Shown: positions 19,953-28,611 of the stretch, piece after piece
Layout: each line of letters begins with the position of its first letter
Position numbering within the stretch: the stretch's first letter is position 1
Assembly (NCBI GenBank): GCA_041641295.1
Contig: JBEPYO010000001.1
Location: forward strand, 320,001-384,000
Reading direction: 5' to 3'
DNA from: Nitrososphaerota archaeon
Lineage (GTDB): Archaea; Thermoproteota; Nitrososphaeria_A; Caldarchaeales; Calditenuaceae
DNA length: 64,000 nucleotides
Notes under the pieces: model-generated
What the model was told of the DNA's origin: nothing
Databases searched by the model: none
What the model saw: the letters and a program-made list of their open reading frames with translations, nothing else
Position numbers and translations under genes: made by a program

Positions 19953-20133
19953 CCTTGATCGCGTATCTTCCGGGCTTAACGATGCCTAAGAGTTTTGCTA
20001 TTTCTGAAGACTCAGGCTGTATCACGATTAGGAGGCCTGAGTACGTTGCGGTCAGGTTGGTTGAGCCGCAGTTATCGCATCTATTACCTGTAACTATCGC
20101 CCTGCAGTTTCTACATGCACGCTCCTTCGGCAG
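19945..20133 (-). CDS. spt4: Transcription elongation factor Spt4 (RpoE2); CTG start, missing from the ORF track
   Basis: Translates to (M)[61 protein letters not shown]; canonical position between rpoE and DUF359. Confidence 0.95.
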   Translation of the reverse strand: MPKERACRNCRAIVTGNRCDNCGSTNLTATYSGLLIVIQPESSEIAKLLGIVKPGRYAIKVE

Positions 20134-20139
20134 GCATTA

Positions 20140-20709
20140 TCACCCCCCAGCAACCTTCTCCGCACGAGGCACGCGCTCCCTACGCTTCTGCTCTTCAATC
20201 CACTCCAAGTTCCCCAAGTAGGGCTGCCGCGTGGTTATCCCTACTTTTCCACCCGCCAGAGAGACTGCGACCACCCTAGCTCTAACCTTATCGCCCACCC
20301 CAAGCTTCCAACCCGTCTGAGACCCAACAAACACTGCATTCTTCTTGTCAAAATTCACGAAATCGTCAAGTATCTGCGAGACATGGAGTAGCGCGTCCAG
20401 CGGGCCTATCCTGACAAAGGCTCCAAAATCCGTTAACTCTACAACCTCGCCCTCGACGACCTCTTGGATCCGGGGGATGAATACGAGGAGCCGGCATTTT
20501 ACCCGGTGATAGAGGTTAGGGTCTCTTGGCAGCATGTACCCCACATCCTCAACATCGACGCTTAAGACCGAGATTACGTATCCAAGCTGCTCGTCTACTA
20601 GCCCCTCATAAAGGGCAGAGAGCTTCTTAAAAGCAATCTCCTTTAGAGTGAGCCCAAAATCTCGCGGTTCAACACCGATCACATCCGCTATCTCTACTAC
20701 GTAAAACAT
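20140..20709 (-). CDS. rpoE: DNA-directed RNA polymerase subunit E' (Rpo7)
   Basis: S1 domain EVVEGEV..FGAFVRIGPLDALLHVSQI; C-terminal RQPYLGNLEW. Confidence 0.96.
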   Translation of the reverse strand: MFYVVEIADVIGVEPRDFGLTLKEIAFKKLSALYEGLVDEQLGYVISVLSVDVEDVGYMLPRDPNLYHRVKCRLLVFIPRIQEVVEGEVVELTDFGAFVRIGPLDALLHVSQILDDFVNFDKKNAVFVGSQTGWKLGVGDKVRARVVAVSLAGGKVGITTRQPYLGNLEWIEEQKRRERVPRAEKVAGG

Positions 20710-20795
20710 ACGCCAGTGACTCATATTATGGGGTACTGGGAGGTAATAAATTTGATATGGCCGCGAATACGCCTCCTAAAACTCCCGCCCTTCTA

Positions 20796-21173
20796 CTACG
20801 CTAGGATGTGGACTTCGAGCCTCCTACTGACGTATATGCACTTTAACCCCTGCTTCCTCAGCCTCTTCTGTAGGGCTGAATCCGCGGTAACAACGGCGTA
20901 TCCTTTCTCAGACGCCAGCCTAACCAGCTCCTCATCCACTCCCACCTCTTGGCTTGACTCTATCCGAGTCATCCTCTCCGCCATCGACAGAGCCAGCTCA
21001 GCTACCCTTCCACGCCGCCCCCCTACTCCCGACAGCCGCTTAAGCTCACCTATAACAGAGTCCGGGACAAGCGGCACTACAGGCTCACCTAACTTCTCTT
21101 CGATAAGCCGGAGGATGTCTCTACCACTCTCAACTAACAAGAGAAGGAAGCTAGTGTCTATTAGAGCATGCAA
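20796..21173 (-). CDS. PIN-domain protein (Fcf1/Utp24-like)
   Basis: IDTSF, V..EL, VDEEL, VVTAD..L; conserved position between aIF2-gamma and rpoE. Start taken at TTG 21173. Confidence 0.87.
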   Translation of the reverse strand: MHALIDTSFLLLLVESGRDILRLIEEKLGEPVVPLVPDSVIGELKRLSGVGGRRGRVAELALSMAERMTRIESSQEVGVDEELVRLASEKGYAVVTADSALQKRLRKQGLKCIYVSRRLEVHILA

Positions 21174-21178
21174 TCCAT

Positions 21179-22420
21179 CTATCCCACGATCAGCCCGTAG
21201 CCTATCAACCGCCAACCCATCCCAATCTTCCTACATATAGAAACCCTGTCACCTGGCCATGCGCAGAGTGGCTTCGAGAGGTTTAGGGTTAGCCGGCCGC
21301 CGTGGCGCTTGACGACTATTCCACTAGTGACCGCTGTGTATGAGTTAATTACCAATGGCTCCTTCTCGGATATCTGTTTAACATCCACATCTCCCTCCAC
21401 ACCTATCACCTTCTGGAATAGAGTGTATTCAACCTCCAGCGTCTTCCAGACAGGGGGTAGCTTGGAGGGGCTTCCAGCCATCTCTCCGACCAGAGCATCA
21501 GACTTAGTGAGTGCTGGGTCGAGGGAGGTCTCTACGCCGATGAGCCCGCCGCTTGTCGCCTCCTCCACACTCCTACCACCCGCTTGAATGCTTACAACCT
21601 CTGTGACAATAGGCTCATACTCGGACGAGCCCTCCCTTACAGGGATGCCTGGCGCTATCTCGATCTCATCACCCACTCGCAGCCTTCCCTGAATTATTGA
21701 CCCGCCTATCACTCCTCCCCTAATCATTGTCGCAGGTGTTCCGGGGAGGTTAACGTTGAACGACCTCAGTATAGGCATAAGGAATGGTTTGCTCAGCTCT
21801 CTCGCAGGTGTTGGGATGTACTTGTCCATCGCGTATAACAAGGCCTCGACACCAACTCCCTGCTGGGCAGATACAGGAATAATAGGGACGTCGTGGAGAC
21901 CTATTTTCTCCAGATAACTCCTAATCTCATCATAGCTCGCCAACGCACGCTTCTTATCAATAACGTCTATCTTATTCTGGGCAACCACCATCTTCGACAC
22001 ACCCATTATCAGGGCTGCCTCTAGATGCTCCCTATCCTGCGCCTGGGGGAACTTCACCCTAGCGTCGGCTACGAGTATTGCGCCGTCGAATAGGGCGGCG
22101 CCGCTCAGCATGGTTATCATGAGGGAGTGGTGGCCTGGACAGTCGATAAAGGAAATGGCCCTGACGAACTCGCACTCTTTGTTATGTATCGGGCAGACAG
22201 GCACTGAGTAGTAGTTGTACGGCTCCTCGCAGAGGTCACACCTATACTGGACGGCATCGGCATACCCTACGCGGATAGTGATCCCCCTTTTCAACTCCTC
22301 ACTATGCCTACCCGTCCATACACCGCTAATCGCTTGAACCAGGGTAGATTTCCCATTGTCTACATGCCCCAACGTCCCTATGTTGACTTCAGGCTGCTTC
22401 GGCAGAGGTGTAATACTCAT
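21179..22420 (-). CDS. eif2g: Translation initiation factor aIF2 gamma subunit
   Basis: QPEVNIGTLGHVDNGKS, HSEELKRGITI, DCPGH, NKID, WRLIGYG. Confidence 0.97.
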   Translation of the reverse strand: MSITPLPKQPEVNIGTLGHVDNGKSTLVQAISGVWTGRHSEELKRGITIRVGYADAVQYRCDLCEEPYNYYSVPVCPIHNKECEFVRAISFIDCPGHHSLMITMLSGAALFDGAILVADARVKFPQAQDREHLEAALIMGVSKMVVAQNKIDVIDKKRALASYDEIRSYLEKIGLHDVPIIPVSAQQGVGVEALLYAMDKYIPTPARELSKPFLMPILRSFNVNLPGTPATMIRGGVIGGSIIQGRLRVGDEIEIAPGIPVREGSSEYEPIVTEVVSIQAGGRSVEEATSGGLIGVETSLDPALTKSDALVGEMAGSPSKLPPVWKTLEVEYTLFQKVIGVEGDVDVKQISEKEPLVINSYTAVTSGIVVKRHGGRLTLNLSKPLCAWPGDRVSICRKIGMGWRLIGYGLIVG

Positions 22421-22517
22421 CCAACGCTCCCAAATATCTATGCCGCTTATATAGATTGGTTTAATCCAACCCAAGATCAGATTAACATGGTATGTTTATT
22501 AGTTTAGCCTATCCGGA

Positions 22518-23042
22518 ATGGATATGCCCCAGATAAACAACATAAATTTGGATAAGGTATCCGCGACCGTAGAGTCAATAAAAAGAGATCCGACTAAGGC
22601 TAAGGTTGTCAGCAGAGTTGAAGGTGAGTGGCTTTTTGATGGTGAGACCCAGTTCAGGGCGGTGCTACCGACAGAGCAGGGATCACAGACACTCGAGATG
22701 AGCCTGCCAAGCTTCTTGGGAGGGACGGGAAAGATGCCGGGCCCAATTCAATACTGTCTCTTCGGGCTGGCTTCCTGCTTCGCCTCAACTATTGCCTCGA
22801 TAGCGGCTGAGAAGAACATAAGGCTGAAGAGGGCGAGAGTCTCTGCGGAATGCAGCCTAGATTTTTCCAAGACACTTGGTCTGAATGATAAGCCGATAGT
22901 AGAGGGTATCAGGTTTATCGTCGATATCGAAGCTGATGCAGACGACTCGATGGTTAAACAGATTCTAGCTGAGGCATAAGAGCGTTGCCCCGCCATATAC
23001 GTATTAAGACATAACATACCGTACCAATTGTCTCAAAGATAA
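22518..23042 (+). pseudogene. OsmC-like peroxiredoxin family gene interrupted by an in-frame TAA at 22977-22979
   Basis: PSFLGG..GP..LFGLASC OsmC motif. After the TAA the frame continues ERCPAIYVLRHNIP, which carries the second conserved Cys. Confidence 0.75.
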
Positions 23043-23344
23043 CTAACATGACCGGGCTGGATAATATCCCCGACCTTAGGGAAGGCGATTTATGAGAGGA
23101 GATTTGACTGCCCTTCCAGCTCCTATTTTCTCTCGCGATGCTTCAGCCTAGACGATACACACTTGCATGAAATTTTGTGAAAAGGGTTGGGGAAGAACTC
23201 CGAGAAGTAGGTGGATGTGTACTATGATTGTTTTCATGCTTTTCAACATGTTTGATTGAATAATGTATGGGTAGTTAGGTCGTTTTATTGCATTGTATGT
23301 GAACGATTTATAAGTGGCGAGTATTGATGTAGGCCTTGGGGCAT

Positions 23345-23881
23345 ATGTTTCTCGAGATATTGTTTCTTGGTCGAGGCGGGCAAGGAGTCGTGACTGCAGG
23401 GAGGATAGTTGCCGAGGCAGCTCTAAGGGCCGGGCTGTTCAGCCAGAGTTTTCCTGAGTTTGGACCAGAGCGTTCAGGCGCCCCAGTGAGGTCTTATGTA
23501 AGAATCTCGGATGAGCCAATCTCCATGAGGGCTCCTATGGAGAGTTTTGACGTGGCCGTTGTCTTTGAGGAGAGGCTGTTGGACTCAGCGATTGTGGAGT
23601 CGGTTAGGAGTGGGGGGACTGTTGTCTTGGCGGCCGAGTCTGCCCGCGAGCTTCCGCGGGGCGATGTAAAGCTATTCGTCGTGGGGGCTAGGCGGATAAT
23701 AGAGGAGCTCAAGAAGCCCCGCTCACTTAACCTAGCTATGGTGGGGGCTCTCTGCTCGGTGATAAACGTGATACCGCTTAAGCATGTTGAGGATATTGTA
23801 GGCAGGAGGTTCGGGGAGGAGAACAGGGAGGTTGTGCGGCGTGCTGCCCAGCTGGTGGTGAGTGTTGAGCAGACGGCCTGA
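23345..23881 (+). CDS. porG: 2-oxoacid:ferredoxin oxidoreductase gamma subunit
   Basis: GRGGQG, FGPERSGAPV, NLAMVGA. Confidence 0.93.
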   Translation: MFLEILFLGRGGQGVVTAGRIVAEAALRAGLFSQSFPEFGPERSGAPVRSYVRISDEPISMRAPMESFDVAVVFEERLLDSAIVESVRSGGTVVLAAESARELPRGDVKLFVVGARRIIEELKKPRSLNLAMVGALCSVINVIPLKHVEDIVGRRFGEENREVVRRAAQLVVSVEQTA

Positions 23882-24137
23882 GCTTCTTATTCCAATAGTT
23901 TTTGAAGCCGGGAATACTGCTAAGCGAAGTGTAGCAAGCTGGCGGAGTAACAGGCCGGTGATTGAGAGGCAGCTCTGCACTAACTGCCTGATCTGTTGGA
24001 TATACTGCCCCGAGCCAGCCATATACATGGATGATGCGGGGAATGTGCAGATAGACTATGACCACTGTAAGGGGTGTGGCATCTGTGCAGAGGAGTGTCC
24101 CCGCAAGGCCATAAGGATGGTGGTGGAGAATGTATAG
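23862..24137 (+). CDS. porD: 2-oxoacid:ferredoxin oxidoreductase delta subunit (2x[4Fe-4S])
   Basis: W..RP..CTNCLICWIYCPE, DYDHCKGCGICAEECP. Confidence 0.95.
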   Translation: MLSRRPELLIPIVFEAGNTAKRSVASWRSNRPVIERQLCTNCLICWIYCPEPAIYMDDAGNVQIDYDHCKGCGICAEECPRKAIRMVVENV

Positions 24138-25311
24138 CCTCGCATCCTATAGGTTGATGACTGGCAATGAGGCGGCGGCCTTCGCTGTTAAGCAGGCGGA
24201 CGTAGACTTCATTTCGGCTTACCCCATCACTCCCCAGACAATAATCGTGGAGCGGCTGAGCGAGTATGTTAGTTCGGGCGAACTGGATGCAGAGTTTGTC
24301 CCTGTGGAGTCTGAGCACTCGGCTATCAGCGCCTGCATAGGAGCATCTCTTGCAGGGGCCCGTGTCTTCACGTCTACTTCGAGTCAAGGCCTCGCGCTCA
24401 TGCATGAAGTCTTATACATCGCATCAGGGATGAGGTGCCCCATTGTCATGGCTGTAGCAAACAGGGCTCTCTCAGCGCCCCTCAACATCCACGGGGACCA
24501 CTCGGATATCATGGGTTCGCGGGACGCGGGTTGGGTGCTAATATTCTGCGAGAACCCCCAAGAAGTCTACGACTACACCATTCAGGCGTTTAGGCTTGCT
24601 GAGCATCCTGAGGCCCTGCTGCCAGTGGCCGTCAACCTTGACGGCTTCACGGTGTCACACAGCAGTGAGCCAGTCTCCGTACTGGAGGATGACGTTGTGA
24701 GGAGTTATCTCCCGAGGCGGGAGCGCCCGCGGCTGGAATTTGAGGAGCCCGCAAGTTTCGGCGTCTTTGCCCTACCCACACACTATTTCGAGTTTAAGGT
24801 TGAGCAGGAGAAGGCCCTCCGGAGGGCGGGGGAGGTCTTGGAGGAGGTCGCAGCAGCCTATCCTAACAGCCAAGGCCGGCTCGTGAAGCTTTCCAAGTTT
24901 AACGATGAGGGTAAGATCGCCGTAATCTGCCTAGGTGGTACGGCGGGCACTGTTAGACATGTCTTGAAAAACTATGGGATGAAGGACTTCTCACTAGTCT
25001 CCCTGAAACTCTTCTCGCCATTCCCGAGTGAGGAGCTCTTAGACGCCTTGAACGGTGTTGAGGGTGTCGTCGTCATGGATAGGGCGACCTCGCCGGGCGC
25101 CCCCCTTCCACCTCTAGCCTCCAACGTGGCCGCCAGCTTATACGAGGCTGGAGTCCGGCTTCCGCTCCTAAGCGTGGTCTACGGTTTGGGTGGGAGGGAG
25201 CCTACCTTGAAGATGATTGTGGAGATGCTGGATAAGGCCCGGGAGAAGGTTGGTAAAGGCCGGACCGGCGTCTCCCGTATGTATCTCGGCTACGGGGGTG
25301 GAGAGAAATGA
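24130..25311 (+). CDS. porA: 2-oxoacid:ferredoxin oxidoreductase alpha subunit
   Basis: AYPITPQT, VESEHSA, TSSQGL, GLGGR. Confidence 0.95.
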   Translation: MYSLASYRLMTGNEAAAFAVKQADVDFISAYPITPQTIIVERLSEYVSSGELDAEFVPVESEHSAISACIGASLAGARVFTSTSSQGLALMHEVLYIASGMRCPIVMAVANRALSAPLNIHGDHSDIMGSRDAGWVLIFCENPQEVYDYTIQAFRLAEHPEALLPVAVNLDGFTVSHSSEPVSVLEDDVVRSYLPRRERPRLEFEEPASFGVFALPTHYFEFKVEQEKALRRAGEVLEEVAAAYPNSQGRLVKLSKFNDEGKIAVICLGGTAGTVRHVLKNYGMKDFSLVSLKLFSPFPSEELLDALNGVEGVVVMDRATSPGAPLPPLASNVAASLYEAGVRLPLLSVVYGLGGREPTLKMIVEMLDKAREKVGKGRTGVSRMYLGYGGGEK

Positions 25312-26225
25312 TGCAGGTATCTAAGCTGTCCGACCTATATGGTCGTGAAGGACTCAGCCCGGGGCACTCTGCATGTCAGGGCTGCGGCGCCACCATCGCT
25401 GTTAGGCAGGTATTACTGGCGGCCGAGCCACCCTACATAGTAGTCAGCCCAACCGGGTGTCTTGAAGTAATCTCCACACCATACCCCTATACTGCCTGGA
25501 GGGTACCGTGGGTCCATGTGGCCTTCGAGAACGCAGCTGCTGTCGCATCAGGTATCGAGGCTGCCCTAAAGGTGCTTGAGAGAAAGGGGATGGGGAGACG
25601 CCACAAGGTCATAGTAATCGCAGGTGATGGCGGGACCTTCGATATCGGTTTACAGGCCCTCTCGGGAGCCTTCGAGCGCGGCCACAACATACTCTATGTT
25701 TGCTATGACAATGAGGCCTACATGAACACGGGAATCCAGAGGTCAGCCGCAACACCACCCGGCTCCATCACCACCACAACCCCAGCGGGAAAGCGTGAGT
25801 GGAAGAAGGATATTGTCTCGATACTTGTCGGGCATGGCTCTCCCTACGTAGCCACAGCCTCCCCCCACCTCTGGAAAGACCTCGCAAACAAGGTTAGAAA
25901 GGCACAGAGCATCGAAGGCCCGACCTTCCTCCACATAATCGCACCATGCCCCAGGGGCTGGTACTTCGAGCCCCACCTAACCATAAAGCTCGCCAAGCTC
26001 GCGGTAGAGACGCGGATATTCCCTATCTACGAGGTGGAGAACGGCAGGTACAGGATCAACTACCTCATCACCAGGCCTAGGCCGGTTGAGGACTATCTCA
26101 GGCTCCAGAACAGGTTTGCTTACCTGCTAAAACCAGAGAATGCAGCCCTTCTTGAAGGGTTTAAGCGCTGGGTGGAGGAGAGGTGGAACCAGCTCCTCAA
26201 GATGGCATCAGCCTTCCCAGCCTGA
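25308..26225 (+). CDS. porB: 2-oxoacid:ferredoxin oxidoreductase beta subunit
   Basis: GHSACQGC, TGC, GDGG..DNEAYMNTG TPP-binding motif, PCPRGW. Confidence 0.95.
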   Translation: MMQVSKLSDLYGREGLSPGHSACQGCGATIAVRQVLLAAEPPYIVVSPTGCLEVISTPYPYTAWRVPWVHVAFENAAAVASGIEAALKVLERKGMGRRHKVIVIAGDGGTFDIGLQALSGAFERGHNILYVCYDNEAYMNTGIQRSAATPPGSITTTTPAGKREWKKDIVSILVGHGSPYVATASPHLWKDLANKVRKAQSIEGPTFLHIIAPCPRGWYFEPHLTIKLAKLAVETRIFPIYEVENGRYRINYLITRPRPVEDYLRLQNRFAYLLKPENAALLEGFKRWVEERWNQLLKMASAFPA

Positions 26226-26277
26226 GCCCAATAGAGAATCAATCTTTATCACCGGCCAAGCGTGTCGGCCAAATCAG

Positions 26278-26820
26278 ATGAGAGAGTACCCTATTGCCGG
26301 TCTGAAGATTGTGGTCATGCGGGGAGACATTACGGAGGTCGAGGCCGATGCAATAGTTGTGCCCGCCAACAGTAGGCTCATCATGGGTGGCGGTGTGGCT
26401 GGCGCCGTGAAGCGTAAGGGTGGCGCTGAGATCGAGAGGGAGGCGATGAGCAAGGGACCGATACCGGTCGGAGGGGCTGTAACCACCGGTGCTGGAGCTT
26501 TGAAGGCGCGCTTCGTCATCCACTCACCCACCATGGAGCGTCCCGCAGGAGAGACAGACCCAAACAAGGTATACCTCGCCACTCAGGCCGCTATCAATGA
26601 GGCTCTGAGACTCGGACTAAAGACAATAGCCTTCCCGGGTATGGGGACAGGGGTAGGAGGCCTCAACCCCCTCGTAGCAGCGCGACAGATGGTTAAGGCA
26701 ATATTAGATACGGTTCATGGAAGAGAACAGTCCCTCCAGCAAGTATTCCTGGTAGCCTTTGACAAGGAGCTCGAAGAAGCCTTCAAGGCGGCGGTAGAGG
26801 AGCGTGTCAAAAACCCCTAA
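26278..26820 (+). CDS. Macro domain protein (ADP-ribose binding/hydrolase)
   Basis: GDITEVEADAIV.PAN..GGGVAGA, AFPGMGTGVGG. Confidence 0.93.
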   Translation: MREYPIAGLKIVVMRGDITEVEADAIVVPANSRLIMGGGVAGAVKRKGGAEIEREAMSKGPIPVGGAVTTGAGALKARFVIHSPTMERPAGETDPNKVYLATQAAINEALRLGLKTIAFPGMGTGVGGLNPLVAARQMVKAILDTVHGREQSLQQVFLVAFDKELEEAFKAAVEERVKNP

Positions 26821-26849
26821 AAGGCAGGGCAGATTCTGAAGGAAAAGGA

Positions 26850-26923
26850 GCCCCGGTAGCTCAGCCCGGTAGAGCGGCCGCCTCGTAAGCGGCAGGTCGC
26901 GGGTTCAAACCCCGCCCGGGGCT
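26850..26923 (+). tRNA. tRNA-Thr(CGU), CCA not encoded
   Basis: Acceptor GCCCCGG/CCGGGGC, D-arm TAGCTCAG, anticodon loop CT-CGT-AA, T-loop GTTCAAA. Confidence 0.97.
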
Positions 26924-27016
26924 CCTTCTAGCCAAGACCCTATAGTGGACAACTCAGCAGGAGAGAATACTTGGTCTTGGTCTAGGTCTAGACAATTCCA
27001 CTAATCTGTAGCTCGA

Positions 27017-27160
27017 TTACCACTTCGACTTGTCGCCCTCTAAGAGACCCTTCCCAACATGAGCCCTGTTGATATGCTTCGACAGCTCAGCCTTCGACTC
27101 GAAATACAAGTCGCAGTATGGGCAGCTAAACCTTGTGCCCACGTTTTTCTCAACACTCAC
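27017..27160 (-). CDS. 47-aa C2H2 zinc-finger microprotein
   Basis: MSVEKNVGTRFSCPYCDLYFESKAELSKHINRAHVGKGLLEGDKSKW fits F-x-CxxC-x3-F-x5-L-x2-H-x4-H; below the ORF-track length cutoff. Confidence 0.85.
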   Translation of the reverse strand: MSVEKNVGTRFSCPYCDLYFESKAELSKHINRAHVGKGLLEGDKSKW

Positions 27161-27243
27161 ACCCCGCGCTTCTTCGGCGAACTATTAAAATCTATGACTT
27201 CTTCCCACAAATACGACTAGACTTAACTAAATTATTGAGTATG

Positions 27244-27372
27244 TAGCCCGGGCCGGATTCGAACCGGCGTCACGGGGTCACTTCTCCCCCGTTTTGCGGG
27301 ATCCAAAGCCCCGCATCCTTGGCCCCACTCTATTCTGGCCAGGGAGTGGTTTGACCGCTAGACGACCGGGCT
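27244..27372 (-). tRNA. tRNA-Gln(UUG) with two BHB introns (32 nt in the D-arm at 27319-27350; 24 nt at 37/38, 27279-27302)
   Basis: Removing both introns gives AGCCCGGTCGTCTAGCGGTCAAGGATGCGGGGCTTTGGACCCCGTGACGCCGGTTCGAATCCGGCCCGGGCTA. Both junction pairs form a 4-bp helix flanked by 3-nt bulge segments. Confidence 0.93.
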
Positions 27373-27420
27373 GTCCGGGCTAGGGATGTGGCGGGTGATA
27401 TTTAACTGGTTTTCGCTATT

Positions 27421-27603
27421 TCAAACAGTTTTCTCCACTTTGCCCGAGGTCTCCCTCCAGCACCCCATCCCCGTCTTCTCGCTTATCCAAGCGAGGAAGA
27501 TGTTTCGGAGGACTTCGGCGTCGCTGTTCCCCATCTTCCCCTTGAGCTGGCTGATGCACTGGTACTGCTCGTCTGTGAGAGTAACTAATACGTGCTTAAC
27601 CAT
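27421..27603 (-). CDS. Small CopG/ribbon-helix-helix DNA-binding protein
   Basis: HVLVTLTDEQ..LKGKMGNSDAEVLRNIFLAWISEK beta-alpha-alpha pattern. Confidence 0.75.
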   Translation of the reverse strand: MVKHVLVTLTDEQYQCISQLKGKMGNSDAEVLRNIFLAWISEKTGMGCWRETSGKVEKTV

Positions 27604-27671
27604 CTCACCTATTCAGCTGCGCTTCTGGTTTTTAAAGGTTTATACCAGATTTATGAGGCTATAATACGGGC

Positions 27672-28541
27672 CTAAACTATTGCAACCGGGTTAACGGGGC
27701 TGGCCGTGGCCCCGCGGACTCTTAAGGGGCAGCATATGAATAGGAACTCGTAGACCCTGTCCCTTGAAAGCTCCTCCAAATTGAGGTTCTCAAGCATGAA
27801 TATGCCCCTCTCGACGATGAGGTGCTGGTGTACTGGCTCTTCGTGGGGTGTGCCCTGCGGCTCAACCTGTATCCTCTCAACAGATGGTGTATCTCCTCCG
27901 ACAAGTGTAACCCTCCGCGAGGATAGCCACCTCGCAACCTCGAGAGATATCCCGGGCATAGGCGGGCCAATGTAGCGCCTGTTGTCCCGGCCCCATAGCC
28001 CTCCCCATCCTGTCCTAAACAAGACCACATCACCCTCAGAGGGCTCGCTTAAGCCCTCAAACCTGAGGGTTTCGAGCATATCCTCCACCGTGATCAGGTA
28101 GTCATCGGGTAGGATGTCCCTTCCTTTAGCAGCGGCCACATCCACTAGGATGCCCCTAGTAATTATCGGTTGGAAATTCTCTGCACCCAGCTCTACAGTC
28201 CCTCTCTCCGACTCAACCTCGTCAACCACTACACCGCCATAGAGCCTATTCCCTATCGAGACATGGTTTAGGGCGTCTATGTGCGTCCCCGTGTGGTCTG
28301 ACATCTCCAGCCTAACGTTCATGGCGCCGAAGCTTCCGCGCCACATCCGCAGAGAGTCTTTCACCCGTCTAAAGGTTGAGTAGAATAGGGGCCCGTGGAA
28401 GGGGTGTGTAGGAGTGTGATCGTCTATAATCCAGCCGAGCTGGTAGATGCGCCCCTTCTTCACATGTGAGACTGACTGAGCAACCTTAGACTCGGACAAA
28501 TACTCTAAAGCACCGTACACCATACATTCTCCAACATGCAA
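27672..28541 (-). CDS. Cyclase family (kynurenine formamidase-like) metal hydrolase
   Basis: HTGTHIDAL, LFRTGW, GGDT, H..LENL, GATASPV. Confidence 0.92.
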   Translation of the reverse strand: MHVGECMVYGALEYLSESKVAQSVSHVKKGRIYQLGWIIDDHTPTHPFHGPLFYSTFRRVKDSLRMWRGSFGAMNVRLEMSDHTGTHIDALNHVSIGNRLYGGVVVDEVESERGTVELGAENFQPIITRGILVDVAAAKGRDILPDDYLITVEDMLETLRFEGLSEPSEGDVVLFRTGWGGLWGRDNRRYIGPPMPGISLEVARWLSSRRVTLVGGDTPSVERIQVEPQGTPHEEPVHQHLIVERGIFMLENLNLEELSRDRVYEFLFICCPLRVRGATASPVNPVAIV

Positions 28542-28611
28542 TCTCTGACCCCCTATATTTGATTTCAGATGAACGTGAAAATGTTATTGGGCGCGGCGAA
28601 GCTCTCTAAGC

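Noticed and set aside
22977-22979. Possible recoded stop (selenocysteine or pyrrolysine) in the OsmC-like gene
   Set aside because: The codon is TAA rather than TGA or TAG, and it does not align with the catalytic Cys.
23043-23335. Long AT-rich gap before the por operon
   Set aside because: No convincing ORF or RNA structure was found; it is best explained as promoter DNA (TTTATAA near 23307).
26278-26820. Macro domain as an antitoxin or Thoeris-type defence component
   Set aside because: No ADP-ribosyltransferase, TIR or Sir2 partner is nearby; it resembles the common stand-alone archaeal macrodomain.
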